A DNA stretch of 64,000 nucleotides from an uncultured Myxococcales bacterium. GTDB lineage: Bacteria; Myxococcota; UBA727; CAYLZW01. The stretch is from the NCBI GenBank assembly GCA_964388085.1, contig CAYLZW010000003.1:1279-65278 (forward strand), read 5' to 3'. Below the pieces are notes generated by a model. That model ran no database searches. It saw only the letters and a list, made by a program, of their open reading frames with translations, and was not told the origin of the DNA. Of the stretch, positions 1 to 8,304 are shown in pieces (within the stretch, counting starts at the first letter, position 1; every line of letters starts with the position of its first letter). Made by a program: the position numbers and the translations under genes.

Positions 1-2
1 CG

Positions 3-518
3 TTCGCGTCGCACAAGGCCGTCAAGGCGCTGAACGACGCGCGCGGGAAGGTCGCGCTGCTGTTCTTTCGCGCCGGTGAGCTGAACCGCGAGAAGGACGC
101 GAGCGCCAAGGTCACCTTCATCGCGCGCTCGCGCAAGGGCACCTTCGCCGACGACAACGGCAACGGGCGCTTCGACGAGGGCGAGCAGCGCAAGGTGCGG
201 GACTTCGCCGCCGCCATCGAGCGTCCCGTGCAGGGCAAGCCCGAGGCGCGCGCCATCGTCGTCGCGGACTCGGACGTGCTGTCCGACTCGCTGCTCATCG
301 CGGAGGCGAACGCGGCCTTCGGGTACGAGTCCGTGCTCTGGCTGCTGCGCGATGACGCGGCGGGCGGCGCCGTGGAGATGGACGAGGACGTCCCCATCGT
401 GCACACGCGCGACGAGGACTCGCTGTGGTTCTACGGCAGCACCGTCGTGATGCCGGGCCTCGTGCTGCTCCTCGGCCTGTTGTTCGTGAAGAGCCGCCGC
501 CGCCGGAGGACGTCATGA
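3..518 (+). CDS. C-terminal part of a GldG-family ABC-type auxiliary component (5' partial)
   Basis: Frame is open from the window edge. Contains RAIVVADSDVLSD and ends in one TM helix plus RRRRR. ATGA overlap with the DUF4340-type gene, the usual GldG neighbour. Confidence 0.75.
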   Translation, partial: FASHKAVKALNDARGKVALLFFRAGELNREKDASAKVTFIARSRKGTFADDNGNGRFDEGEQRKVRDFAAAIERPVQGKPEARAIVVADSDVLSDSLLIAEANAAFGYESVLWLLRDDAAGGAVEMDEDVPIVHTRDEDSLWFYGSTVVMPGLVLLLGLLFVKSRRRRRTS

Positions 519-1561
519 GGTCGCAGGTCATCGCTCACTTCGCGCTGCTCCTCCTCGGCGCCGCGCTCAGCTACCTCGCCTGGAACCGCCCGGACGACGG
601 CGCCGGCGAGAGGGGCGTCGTGCTGGCGCAGCTCGAGGAGGCGGACATCGAGGAGGTCCACCTCCGCTGGCCGGAGGGCGAGCTGAGCGTCACCCCGCTG
701 CGCTCGGGTGAGGAGACGACCTGGGTCGCGAGCCTGTCCTACGACGAGGTGCAAAAGCCGGCGAAGGAGGCGAAGAAGGACGACGGCGCGCGAGCGGCCG
801 ACGCGGGGCCCTCCGTTGACGAGGGCGCGCCCGCGGAGCCGGAGAAGGTCCGTAAGAGCGCGCGCTTCCCTGGTGGCCGCTCGGTGGGGCGCGCGCTCGA
901 GACGCTGGCGCCGCTGAGCGCGCGACGCAGCCTCGGGCCGGTGGAGCCCGATCGGCTCGAGGCCATGGGTCTCGTGCAGCCGGAGCGCCGCCTCGTCGTC
1001 AAGGCGAAGGGCGGCAAGAGCTGGACGTTCGACGTCGGCGCGGCCACCTACGGTGATCAGGCGCGCTACGCCCGGCTCTCGGGCCGGGACGACGTCCTGC
1101 TGCTCGACTCCGCCGCCGTGCGTGGCCTCGAGGGATCGCCCGTGCGCCTCATGGAGGCCCGCCTCGTCACGCTCGAGAGCGAACAGATCGAAGGCATGGA
1201 CCTGCGCGCGGGCGATCGACAGGCGGCCTTTCGCCACGTCGACCGGGACCAACCGAAGAAGCGCCACTTCGTCCGCGCCGACGCGCCCGAGCAGCGCTCG
1301 GAGGAGGCCAGCGGCCTGTTGTCGACGCTGCGCGGCCTGCGCGTCAGCAAGTATGTGGACAAGGGCGCGCTCGCAGGAGCGAACGCGCGCGCGGCGGTCA
1401 CGCTGCGCCGGATCGGCGCGGAGCCGCTGCGTGTGACGCTTTATGAAGTGTCGGAGGGTTCCGACTTCCTCGTCGAGGCCGGGCCGTGGATCGCCGAGGT
1501 GCCGGCGTCGCGCGGCAAGAACCTGCTCGACGACATCATCGCCGCGCTGCCCGCCGAGTGA
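515..1561 (+). CDS. DUF4340-family membrane-anchored periplasmic protein
   Basis: ATG at 515 overlaps the upstream TGA. N-terminal TM anchor; motifs LEAMGLVQPERRL and FDVGAATYGDQARYAR; follows a GldG-like gene. Confidence 0.75.
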   Translation: MRSQVIAHFALLLLGAALSYLAWNRPDDGAGERGVVLAQLEEADIEEVHLRWPEGELSVTPLRSGEETTWVASLSYDEVQKPAKEAKKDDGARAADAGPSVDEGAPAEPEKVRKSARFPGGRSVGRALETLAPLSARRSLGPVEPDRLEAMGLVQPERRLVVKAKGGKSWTFDVGAATYGDQARYARLSGRDDVLLLDSAAVRGLEGSPVRLMEARLVTLESEQIEGMDLRAGDRQAAFRHVDRDQPKKRHFVRADAPEQRSEEASGLLSTLRGLRVSKYVDKGALAGANARAAVTLRRIGAEPLRVTLYEVSEGSDFLVEAGPWIAEVPASRGKNLLDDIIAALPAE

Positions 1562-1582
1562 TCGCCGCGGCCGAGCGGCGCT

Positions 1583-3508
1583 TCATTCGTCGAAGCTGAC
1601 GTCGCGCGAGCGGGCTCTCGCCTTCGTCTGGGCCTCCTTGAGCTTCACCAGGCGATCCGCCGCGGCGGCGGTGGGCTGGATGTCCTGGCAAACCATGAGC
1701 AGGTCGTACGAGTCCTCGAAGTCCTTGCGGTACATCGCGATGTCGGCGCGATCGAGCAGCACGTCGATCTGCGCACTCCACTTGAGCGGGTAGGCCTCCT
1801 TGCGGTGCGCCCGGCGACGCGTCGAGTCGGACAGCACGGCGTAGGCGTCGCTCACCTTCGCCCAGATCCGTTCGCAGACCTCGGCCGCCTCTTTGCGCGC
1901 CTCCCCGCCAGGACCGTAGAGCCGCTCCAGCTCGTCGAAGACCGGCTTTATCTTTCGCGGCGGGGTCGACCAGTGCAGGCCGAGCGCCTCGAAGTGGTTC
2001 GCGTGCTGGATCTTCTCCCACAGGCCCGCCGCGCCCTCGACGAGGCGGTCGAGGCGCTCGCGCTCCTTGCGCTGCCGCTCCGCGCGCGCGACGCCGTCGC
2101 CGTCGACCCAGTCGAGGCCGCCCGAGATCTCGAGCGTGTACAGCACCTCGAAGGCAGAGCGCGCCCCGGCCGCGTGCTGGGTGACGTCGTACACGCTCTC
2201 CCGGCCCGTCAGCGCCTTCTGCGCGAGGCGCTTGTGCGACGACGAGAAGCCGAGCCCCTCGAGCAGCCGCTTGCCGACGTCGTTGAGCTGCGGACAGCGC
2301 CCCTGGTGCCGCTCGAGGCCGCGCTCGAGCGCCTCGTCCGCCAGCTTGCCGACGAGGCCGCTCACCACCTCCTGCATGAGCTGCAGCATGGTGCCGCCGT
2401 GGGTCATGCGCGGCGGGCGCTTGAGGTCGACGACGACGTAGCGGCCCTCCGGCTCGACGAGGTTGCGGCCGAGGGTCGGCATGGCGACGGCGGAGCGCAC
2501 CTCGCGGCCGTTCATGACGACGAACGGGTGCATCGGGTGCCCGGCCATCTCGATGTCGACGCGCACCGTCCCCTTCGACGTCAGCAGCCAGCGGAGCAGC
2601 AGGTGCGTGTTCGGCAGCGCCAGGTGCTCGGGCGTGAGCGGCTGCGTGACGGCGAGGGCGAGCACGCCGTCCGCCGTCGTGGGGTTCCACAGCGGACCCT
2701 TGCGCTCCAGCACCAGCGCTACGCTCGCGCGGCTCCCACGCCCGCTGTCGTCGTCGCCCGCGGCCGGGTCAGCGCCCTCCTCGCGCTCGAGCACGGCGTC
2801 TGGCGGCGTCTTCGGCGGCAGCACCTCGGGCAGCACGCGCGCGAGCTCGTCGCGCTGCTCGAGCTCGACCACCACCATGCCGCCCGGGCCGAGCTGCAGC
2901 GTCGTGTGCACCGGCGTCTCCGCCAGCCTCGATCCGATCTGCAGCTTCAAGGCACGACGCTCGCCCGGCAGCGGCGGCTGATCGCAGGCCGCCATGACCG
3001 CGCCGAGGAGGTAGAGGTCCCGCCCCGCGACGTTGAAGTCCTGCTCGGAGGCGAAGCGGAGCGTCTCCGCGGACAGGTAGGGCGGGAGCGTCGGCGCCGG
3101 GGTCTCTTCCGCTTTGTCATTTTCCGAATCATCGGAGTCGGCTCCGGCGTGCGCCGGCGCGACCTCGGGGGGCGCCTCGGCCGCGGGAGGTTCCTTTACG
3201 CCGGGCGCGCCACCGCCGGGAGGCTCCGGCAGCGTCGTGTAGGGCGTGAAGGTCCCGGGCGGCGGCTCGACGATGCGCAGCAGCGCCCGCTCGGGCTGCA
3301 GCACCACCACCTCGCACTGGAGCAGCAGCGGCTGGTCGAGGCGCGGCGCCGTCAGCTGGACCTCGATCATGGCCAGCGGCGCGAGCTCGACCTCGGGCAA
3401 CACCGCGAGGGCGCCCTTGGTCAGGTAGGTCTCCGCGCTCGCGCGCAGCGACTCGTCGCTCGCGTAGGCGACGGTGTTTCCGGAGCAAAGGCGCGGGAGA
3501 TCGACCAC
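1583..3508 (-). CDS. Multidomain protein: two Myxococcales PilZ-like domains, a central domain, a J-like domain lacking HPD and a terminal TPR-like helix pair
   Basis: VAYASDESLRASAETYLTKGALAV and LRFASEQDFNVAGRDLYLLGAVMA resemble myxobacterial PilZ-like starts. NHFEALGL...LYGPGG...KVSDAYAVLSDSTRR fits the J-domain pattern. Start re-called to GTG 3508 because the ORF extension runs into the next gene. Confidence 0.7.
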   Translation of the reverse strand: MVDLPRLCSGNTVAYASDESLRASAETYLTKGALAVLPEVELAPLAMIEVQLTAPRLDQPLLLQCEVVVLQPERALLRIVEPPPGTFTPYTTLPEPPGGGAPGVKEPPAAEAPPEVAPAHAGADSDDSENDKAEETPAPTLPPYLSAETLRFASEQDFNVAGRDLYLLGAVMAACDQPPLPGERRALKLQIGSRLAETPVHTTLQLGPGGMVVVELEQRDELARVLPEVLPPKTPPDAVLEREEGADPAAGDDDSGRGSRASVALVLERKGPLWNPTTADGVLALAVTQPLTPEHLALPNTHLLLRWLLTSKGTVRVDIEMAGHPMHPFVVMNGREVRSAVAMPTLGRNLVEPEGRYVVVDLKRPPRMTHGGTMLQLMQEVVSGLVGKLADEALERGLERHQGRCPQLNDVGKRLLEGLGFSSSHKRLAQKALTGRESVYDVTQHAAGARSAFEVLYTLEISGGLDWVDGDGVARAERQRKERERLDRLVEGAAGLWEKIQHANHFEALGLHWSTPPRKIKPVFDELERLYGPGGEARKEAAEVCERIWAKVSDAYAVLSDSTRRRAHRKEAYPLKWSAQIDVLLDRADIAMYRKDFEDSYDLLMVCQDIQPTAAAADRLVKLKEAQTKARARSRDVSFDE

Positions 3509-3584
3509 GACACCAGCCTGGCGCGTCCGGCAAGCGCGCGCCAAGCCCCGCACGGATTCGGCGGATTCATCCGGCGGCGAACCG

Positions 3585-4886
3585 CTAGAAACGCAACGCG
3601 ACGAGGGAGAACATCGGCACCATTTGCCGGTCGCGGTCGAGCAGCGCGCTCGGGGGCGCGAACAACACGTCGAGCGGCAGGATCCCGGCGCGTGACGCGG
3701 ACTCACCACGACGGACGCGGAAGAACGACACCGCGGCCGTCGTCGACACGAGACCAGCGGCCGCGCCGAGCGCAGCGGCGCCACCGGCGACGACGTCGAG
3801 CTCGCGCGAGGGCGGGCCGGCCGAGCGCAGCAGCAAAGCGCCTCCGCCGACGAGCGCGAACGCGGCCATGGTGCCGAGATCGATGAGCAGCACCTCCCAC
3901 AGATCGAGGCGCAAGAGCTGAGCGACGCCGAGGCCCGACGCGAGCCCGATGGACGTGGAGCCGAGGTAGAGCAGCGCCGTGTAGAGCGGGTCGCCGAGGC
4001 CCATGAGCGAGAACAAAGGCGTGGCCGCGAGGCCGACGAGGAGGCCGACGCCGCCTCCGGTGTTCATCGTCGACACCTGCGCGTCCTCGAGCTCGAGCAA
4101 CGTGGCCAGCACCGCGGCGCTGCCGAGCCCGAGGTACCCGCCGACGACGGAGGGCAGCAGCGCGAGCGGCAGCGCCTGCTCGAGGTTGTGCCGGAAGGGG
4201 GGCAGGGCAGCGTCGGGCCAAGGCACACCGGAGAGCGAGAACAGCCAAGGGGCGAGCGTGAGCCCGAGACCCGCGCCCCAGCCGATGCCGCTCGCGACGA
4301 GGCGCGCGTCGCCGGCCGAGAGATCGAGCCCGTCGGCGACGAGCCAACTGCCGAGCGCGAAGCCGCCGCCGAGGACGACCGCGCCCGCGCCACCGGCGGC
4401 GCTCACGAACAACGGCAGCGCGCCCGGGTTCGTCGCGAGCCAGACCGCGCCCACGGCGCCGTTGTAGGCCCCGAACAGGCCGCTCGTCAGCGCCAGCTCG
4501 AGGTGGCCGGGCTCGAAGGGGATCGGGCGGCGCGGCAGCACCGCACCGCGGAGCGGAGCGCGAGGCGGGATCGCGGACAGCACGCTCTCGGCGCGCAGCG
4601 CGGCCGTGCTGCCGGGCGCCTGCTCGACGACGCGCTCGAGACAGGCCCGGCCGGAGGCGTCCTGCGCCTGGCGCAAGAGGCGCAGGCAGATGGCGTACTG
4701 CTCGTCGGCGGCCATGTCGACGCCCAGGGGGATCACAGGCCCCGTGCGCGAGCGGTCGCCGTCGGCCGCGCTCTGTTCCGGTTCGCTCACCGACGGCGGC
4801 GTCGCTCCCGCGTCGCCAGCGACGGGGGGCGTCTCGGCCCCGAGCGACAACAGCAAGCTGAGGGCGAATAACCCGGACACGATCAC
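3585..4886 (-). CDS. Hypothetical Gly/Ala-rich polytopic membrane protein with signal peptide and one TPR-like helix pair
   Basis: GGAGG upstream (start 4886 or 4880); signal-like N-terminus; about 8-10 hydrophobic Gly-rich segments. Confidence 0.65.
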   Translation of the reverse strand: MIVSGLFALSLLLSLGAETPPVAGDAGATPPSVSEPEQSAADGDRSRTGPVIPLGVDMAADEQYAICLRLLRQAQDASGRACLERVVEQAPGSTAALRAESVLSAIPPRAPLRGAVLPRRPIPFEPGHLELALTSGLFGAYNGAVGAVWLATNPGALPLFVSAAGGAGAVVLGGGFALGSWLVADGLDLSAGDARLVASGIGWGAGLGLTLAPWLFSLSGVPWPDAALPPFRHNLEQALPLALLPSVVGGYLGLGSAAVLATLLELEDAQVSTMNTGGGVGLLVGLAATPLFSLMGLGDPLYTALLYLGSTSIGLASGLGVAQLLRLDLWEVLLIDLGTMAAFALVGGGALLLRSAGPPSRELDVVAGGAAALGAAAGLVSTTAAVSFFRVRRGESASRAGILPLDVLFAPPSALLDRDRQMVPMFSLVALRF

Positions 4887-5015
4887 CTCCCGCGATCTCC
4901 CGACGTTGCCCGCTGTGTCGGCGCACGCGACCCCTCGTCGGAAGGTCCCTCTTGTACCGCCCCGCGCAGACGGTACACCAAGCGGGTTTGTCAGATGCCG
5001 TCCGTGGAGGTCGCC

Positions 5016-5984
5016 GTGTCGCTGAACGCTGGATCACCGAACGCTGGGTCGCCGAACGCTGGGTCGCTAGACGAGTCGCTGCGCGCGCGGCTGCAGAAGC
5101 TCATCGACGAGAACGAGGTGCTGTTGTTCATGAAGGGCAACCGCTCCATGCCGCAGTGCGGGTTCTCGGCGCAGGTGGTGGGCATCCTCGACGAGTACCT
5201 GCCGGCGTACGAGACCGTGAACGTGCTCGCGGACCCCGAGGCGCGCCAGGGCATCAAGGAGCTCTCCGACTGGCCGACCATCCCGCAGCTCTACGTGAAG
5301 GGCGAGTTCGTGGGCGGCTGCGACATCGTGCGCGACCTGCACCAGTCGGGCGAGCTCAGCGACGTGCTCGGACACAAGCCCATCGAGCTGGAGCCGCCGA
5401 GCATCCGCGTCAGCGACAGCGCCAAGGCGGCCTTCGAGGAGGCCAAGGAGGAGGCAGAGTACGAATTCTTGCGCCTCGAGATCGGGCCTCGCTTCGAGTA
5501 CGGCCTCTCCTTCGGCCCGCGCCTCGAGCGCGACGTCGAGGTCAACGCGGGCGGCCTGACGATCCTGCTCGACCGCGCGAGCGCGCGCCGCGCTGACGGC
5601 ATGAGCATCGACTTCGTCACCACCGACGGCGGCGCCGGCTTCAAGATCGAGAACCCGAACGAGCCCCCGAAGGTCAAGCAGATGACCGTGACGGAGCTGC
5701 AGGCGAAGCTCGACGCCAAGGAGCCGCTGCACCTGTTCGATGTGCGGCCCGAAGACGAGCGCAAGATCGTCTCCATCGAGCAGGCGGTGCCGCTCGACGA
5801 GGCGGGCCAGGCGCAACTGCTCGCGCTCCCGAAGGACGCGCTCATCGTCTTGCACTGCCGGAGCGGTCGGCGCAGCCAGGCGGCGGCCGAGAGCTACCTC
5901 GGCCAGGGCTTCACGAACCTCTACAACCTGGAGGGCGGCGTCCTCGCCTGGGCCGATCTGCACCCGGGCCTTCCCAAGTACTGA
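5016..5984 (+). CDS. grxD: Monothiol glutaredoxin (Grx4, CGFS) fused to a Cys-less A-type carrier-like domain and a rhodanese domain
   Basis: LFMKG...PQCGFSAQV and WPTIPQLYVKGEFVGGCDI; middle ...IDFV...GFKIENPN; C-terminal HCRSGRRS and YNLEGGVLAW. GGAGG precedes GTG 5016 (the ORF track starts at 4995). Confidence 0.9.
   Translation: MSLNAGSPNAGSPNAGSLDESLRARLQKLIDENEVLLFMKGNRSMPQCGFSAQVVGILDEYLPAYETVNVLADPEARQGIKELSDWPTIPQLYVKGEFVGGCDIVRDLHQSGELSDVLGHKPIELEPPSIRVSDSAKAAFEEAKEEAEYEFLRLEIGPRFEYGLSFGPRLERDVEVNAGGLTILLDRASARRADGMSIDFVTTDGGAGFKIENPNEPPKVKQMTVTELQAKLDAKEPLHLFDVRPEDERKIVSIEQAVPLDEAGQAQLLALPKDALIVLHCRSGRRSQAAAESYLGQGFTNLYNLEGGVLAWADLHPGLPKY
5019..5069 (+). repeat. In-frame 15-bp tandem repeat (3.4 copies, TCRCYGAACGCTGGR) encoding SLNAGSPNAGSPNAGSL
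   Basis: tcgctgaacgctgga / tcaccgaacgctggg / tcgccgaacgctggg / tcgcta read directly. Confidence 0.85.
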
Positions 5985-5993
5985 GAGGTCGCC

Positions 5994-6227
5994 GTGGATG
6001 TGAACGACGAGATCCAACGAGCCATCGAGGGAGCGATCCCGGGCGCGCGCGTCGAGGTGATGAACGCCTCCCCGGGGCACTTTCAGATCACGGTCCGCTC
6101 GGGTGCCTTCGAGGGCAAGAAGCTGCTCGAGAAGCAGCGCATGGTGCTCGGCGCCATCAAGCACCTGATGGCGGGTGACGCCGCGCCCGTCCACGCCGTG
6201 GACAAGATCCACACGCTCGTCGAGTAA
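5994..6227 (+). CDS. bolA: BolA/IbaG-family protein
   Basis: GHFQITVRSGAFEGKKLLEKQRMV and VHAV; 77 aa; directly after Grx4. Confidence 0.9.
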   Translation: MDVNDEIQRAIEGAIPGARVEVMNASPGHFQITVRSGAFEGKKLLEKQRMVLGAIKHLMAGDAAPVHAVDKIHTLVE

Positions 6228-6285
6228 CCCGTCCGAATCGGTGCGGAAACTTGCGTGAGGCGATCCGGCCGCGTCTCATGGGCAG

Positions 6286-6672
6286 GTGCCCGACACCTCG
6301 CTCACGCTCGCCTTCGCGCTCGGCGCCCTGCTCGCGGGCGTCGTCTTGTGGGCCGTGTTCACGGTGCGCCTCTCGCTCGCCTTGCGCGGGGCGCGAAAGA
6401 ACGCGGTGGCGCTGAGCCGCGCGACGGTGTTTGGCCAGGTCGCCGAGCAGCTCGTCCCGCTGCTGCCGGACTTCCCGCACGACCTCGAGGACGCGCGCTT
6501 CCTCGGGGCGCCGATCGACTACGTGGTGTTCGACGGCTACGCGGCGAACGACGAGGTGGAGATCGTCTTTGTGGAGGTCAAGACCGGCAACGCCAAGCTC
6601 TCGCGCGGCGAGCGGCGCGTCCGTGACGCCGTGCGGGCGGGCCGGGTTCGCTTCGAGACCCTTCGGCTGTAA
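6286..6672 (+). CDS. Holliday-junction-resolvase-like PD-(D/E)XK endonuclease (Endonuc_Holl type) with N-terminal TM helix
   Basis: GQVAEQLVP, ARFLGAPIDYVVFDG and EIVFVEVKTG motifs. Confidence 0.8.
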   Translation: MPDTSLTLAFALGALLAGVVLWAVFTVRLSLALRGARKNAVALSRATVFGQVAEQLVPLLPDFPHDLEDARFLGAPIDYVVFDGYAANDEVEIVFVEVKTGNAKLSRGERRVRDAVRAGRVRFETLRL

Positions 6673-6681
6673 CGTCGAGCG

Positions 6682-7092
6682 ATGCCGTACGATCCCGATC
6701 GCCATGGCCCCGTGCGCATCGTGGGGCCGGGCTTTCACGAGCGCGTCTATGTCGTCGTCGCCCGCGTGCCGAAGGGCCGCGTGACCACGTACGGCGACGT
6801 GGGCGGGGCGCTCGGCTCGCCCAACGTCGCGCGCCAGGTGGGCTACGCGCTCGCGGCGCTGCCGAGCAACCGCCACGACGTGCCCTGGCATCGTGTCATC
6901 AACGCGAAGGGCTGCATCAGCTTTCGGGGTGACGAGGAGCGCGGCGCCGAGCAGCGACGCCGGCTGGCCAAGGAGGGCGTGCCCTTCGACGAGGCCGGGC
7001 GCGTGCGCGACTTCAAGGCTCGCCGCTTTCGCTTCGACAGCCCGCCGATGGGTCCGCGCGACCACGACGAGGACGAGGAGGGCGCGTCGTGA
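6682..7092 (+). CDS. atl: Alkyltransferase-like protein (ATL/YbaZ, MGMT family, non-catalytic)
   Basis: VPKGRVTTYGDVG, ARQVG and PWHRVINAKG, with Trp replacing the PCHR active-site Cys. Confidence 0.9.
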   Translation: MPYDPDRHGPVRIVGPGFHERVYVVVARVPKGRVTTYGDVGGALGSPNVARQVGYALAALPSNRHDVPWHRVINAKGCISFRGDEERGAEQRRRLAKEGVPFDEAGRVRDFKARRFRFDSPPMGPRDHDEDEEGAS

Positions 7093-7901
7093 GTGAAGAG
7101 ACCGCGAGCACCACCTCGTACGGCGACACCGTGCGCGTCGAGCGGCGCGGCGCCGTCAGCACCGTCGTGCTCTCGCGCCCGGACGTGAAGAACGCCGTGG
7201 ACCGCGCCAGCGCGGAAGGGCTCGCGCGCGCGTTCCGCGCCTTCGAGGACGACGACGAGGCCGACGTCGCCGTGCTCTACGGGGAGGGCGGCACCTTCTG
7301 CGCCGGCGCCGATCTGAAGGCCTTCGCCGAGGGGCGCGGCAACCGCGTCGAAGCGGACGGCGACGGTCCCATGGGACCCACGCGCATGCTGCTCCGAAAG
7401 CCCGTCATCGCGGCCATCGCGGGACACGCGGTCGCGGGCGGGCTCGAGCTGGCGCTCTGGTGCGACCTGCGTGTCGTCGAGGAGGACGCGGTGCTCGGCG
7501 TCTTCTGCCGGCGCTTCGGCGTGCCGCTCGTCGACGGTGGCAGCGTGCGCCTGCCGCGTCTCATCGGGCAGAGCCGCGCGCTGGATCTGATCCTGACCGG
7601 ACGTCCGGTGGACGCGCCGGAGGCCCTCCGCATCGGGCTCGCGAACCGCGTGGTGCCGAAGGGCAGGGCGAGGGAGGCGGCGGAGGAGCTCGCGCGCGTC
7701 ATCGCCTCGTTCCCCCGGGAGGCCATGCGCGGCGATCGCCGGAGCGCCTACGAGCAGGCCTCGCTCTCGCTCGACGACGCCATCCTAAACGAGCTGCGCC
7801 ACGGCCGCGCCGCGCTGCGCGCCGAGGCGGCGGCGGGCGCGTCGCGTTTTGTCTCGGGGCAAGGGCGCCACGGTCGCTTCGGCGACGACGATTTGCGCTG
7901 A
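7089..7901 (+). CDS. Enoyl-CoA hydratase/isomerase (crotonase family)
   Basis: FCAGADLK, KPVIAAIAGHAVAGGLELALWCDLRV, GVPLVDGG; GTGA overlap with atl. Confidence 0.92.
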   Translation: MSEETASTTSYGDTVRVERRGAVSTVVLSRPDVKNAVDRASAEGLARAFRAFEDDDEADVAVLYGEGGTFCAGADLKAFAEGRGNRVEADGDGPMGPTRMLLRKPVIAAIAGHAVAGGLELALWCDLRVVEEDAVLGVFCRRFGVPLVDGGSVRLPRLIGQSRALDLILTGRPVDAPEALRIGLANRVVPKGRAREAAEELARVIASFPREAMRGDRRSAYEQASLSLDDAILNELRHGRAALRAEAAAGASRFVSGQGRHGRFGDDDLR

Positions 7902-7902
7902 G

Positions 7903-7934
7903 TCTCCTCGCTGCGGCCTCGGCGAGCGAGGAGA
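7903..7934. terminator. Stem-loop right after the hydratase stop (possible terminator or stabiliser; no U-tract)
   Basis: Perfect 10-bp stem tctcctcgct/agcgaggaga with a 12-nt loop. Confidence 0.4.
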
Positions 7935-8009
7935 TGAGCGAATCTCCGGTTCCACCACGAGCTTGCTTGATCCGCTCGCGCGACGTCGGCGGTCTCGTAC
8001 ATTGAACCT

Positions 8010-8288
8010 ATGCTGCGACGATCGATGCTGGCGCTCGCGACGATGTTTTTGACGGCCCACGCCTGCGGCGAGGACGGGTACCGCGCGGCGTGTGGCGCCG
8101 TGCCGCTCGGCGGCTCGCTCTGTGACGCGCGGAACGTGCTCGAGCCCGCGGGGGGCCGCTACGGCGGCTACCTCGAGGGAGAGCACCGCTGGACGCGCGA
8201 GCTCCGCTGGTGTGCCGTGACGGTCGACGACGGCAGCGTCGTGCGCGTGAGGTATCTCGAGCCTGCCCCGGCCTGGCGGGCGCCGTAG
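8010..8288 (+). CDS. Small putative lipoprotein, 92 aa
   Basis: Basic n-region, hydrophobic h-region and lipobox-like TAHAC; TACATT lies 6 nt before the ATG. Confidence 0.55.
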   Translation: MLRRSMLALATMFLTAHACGEDGYRAACGAVPLGGSLCDARNVLEPAGGRYGGYLEGEHRWTRELRWCAVTVDDGSVVRVRYLEPAPAWRAP

Positions 8289-8304
8289 CGGGCGCCGCGG
8301 TCGC

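Noticed and set aside
6286-6672. Calling this gene ruvC or hjc
   Set aside because: The motifs match the uncharacterised Endonuc_Holl-type family with a TM anchor, not RuvC; resolvase activity is unproven.
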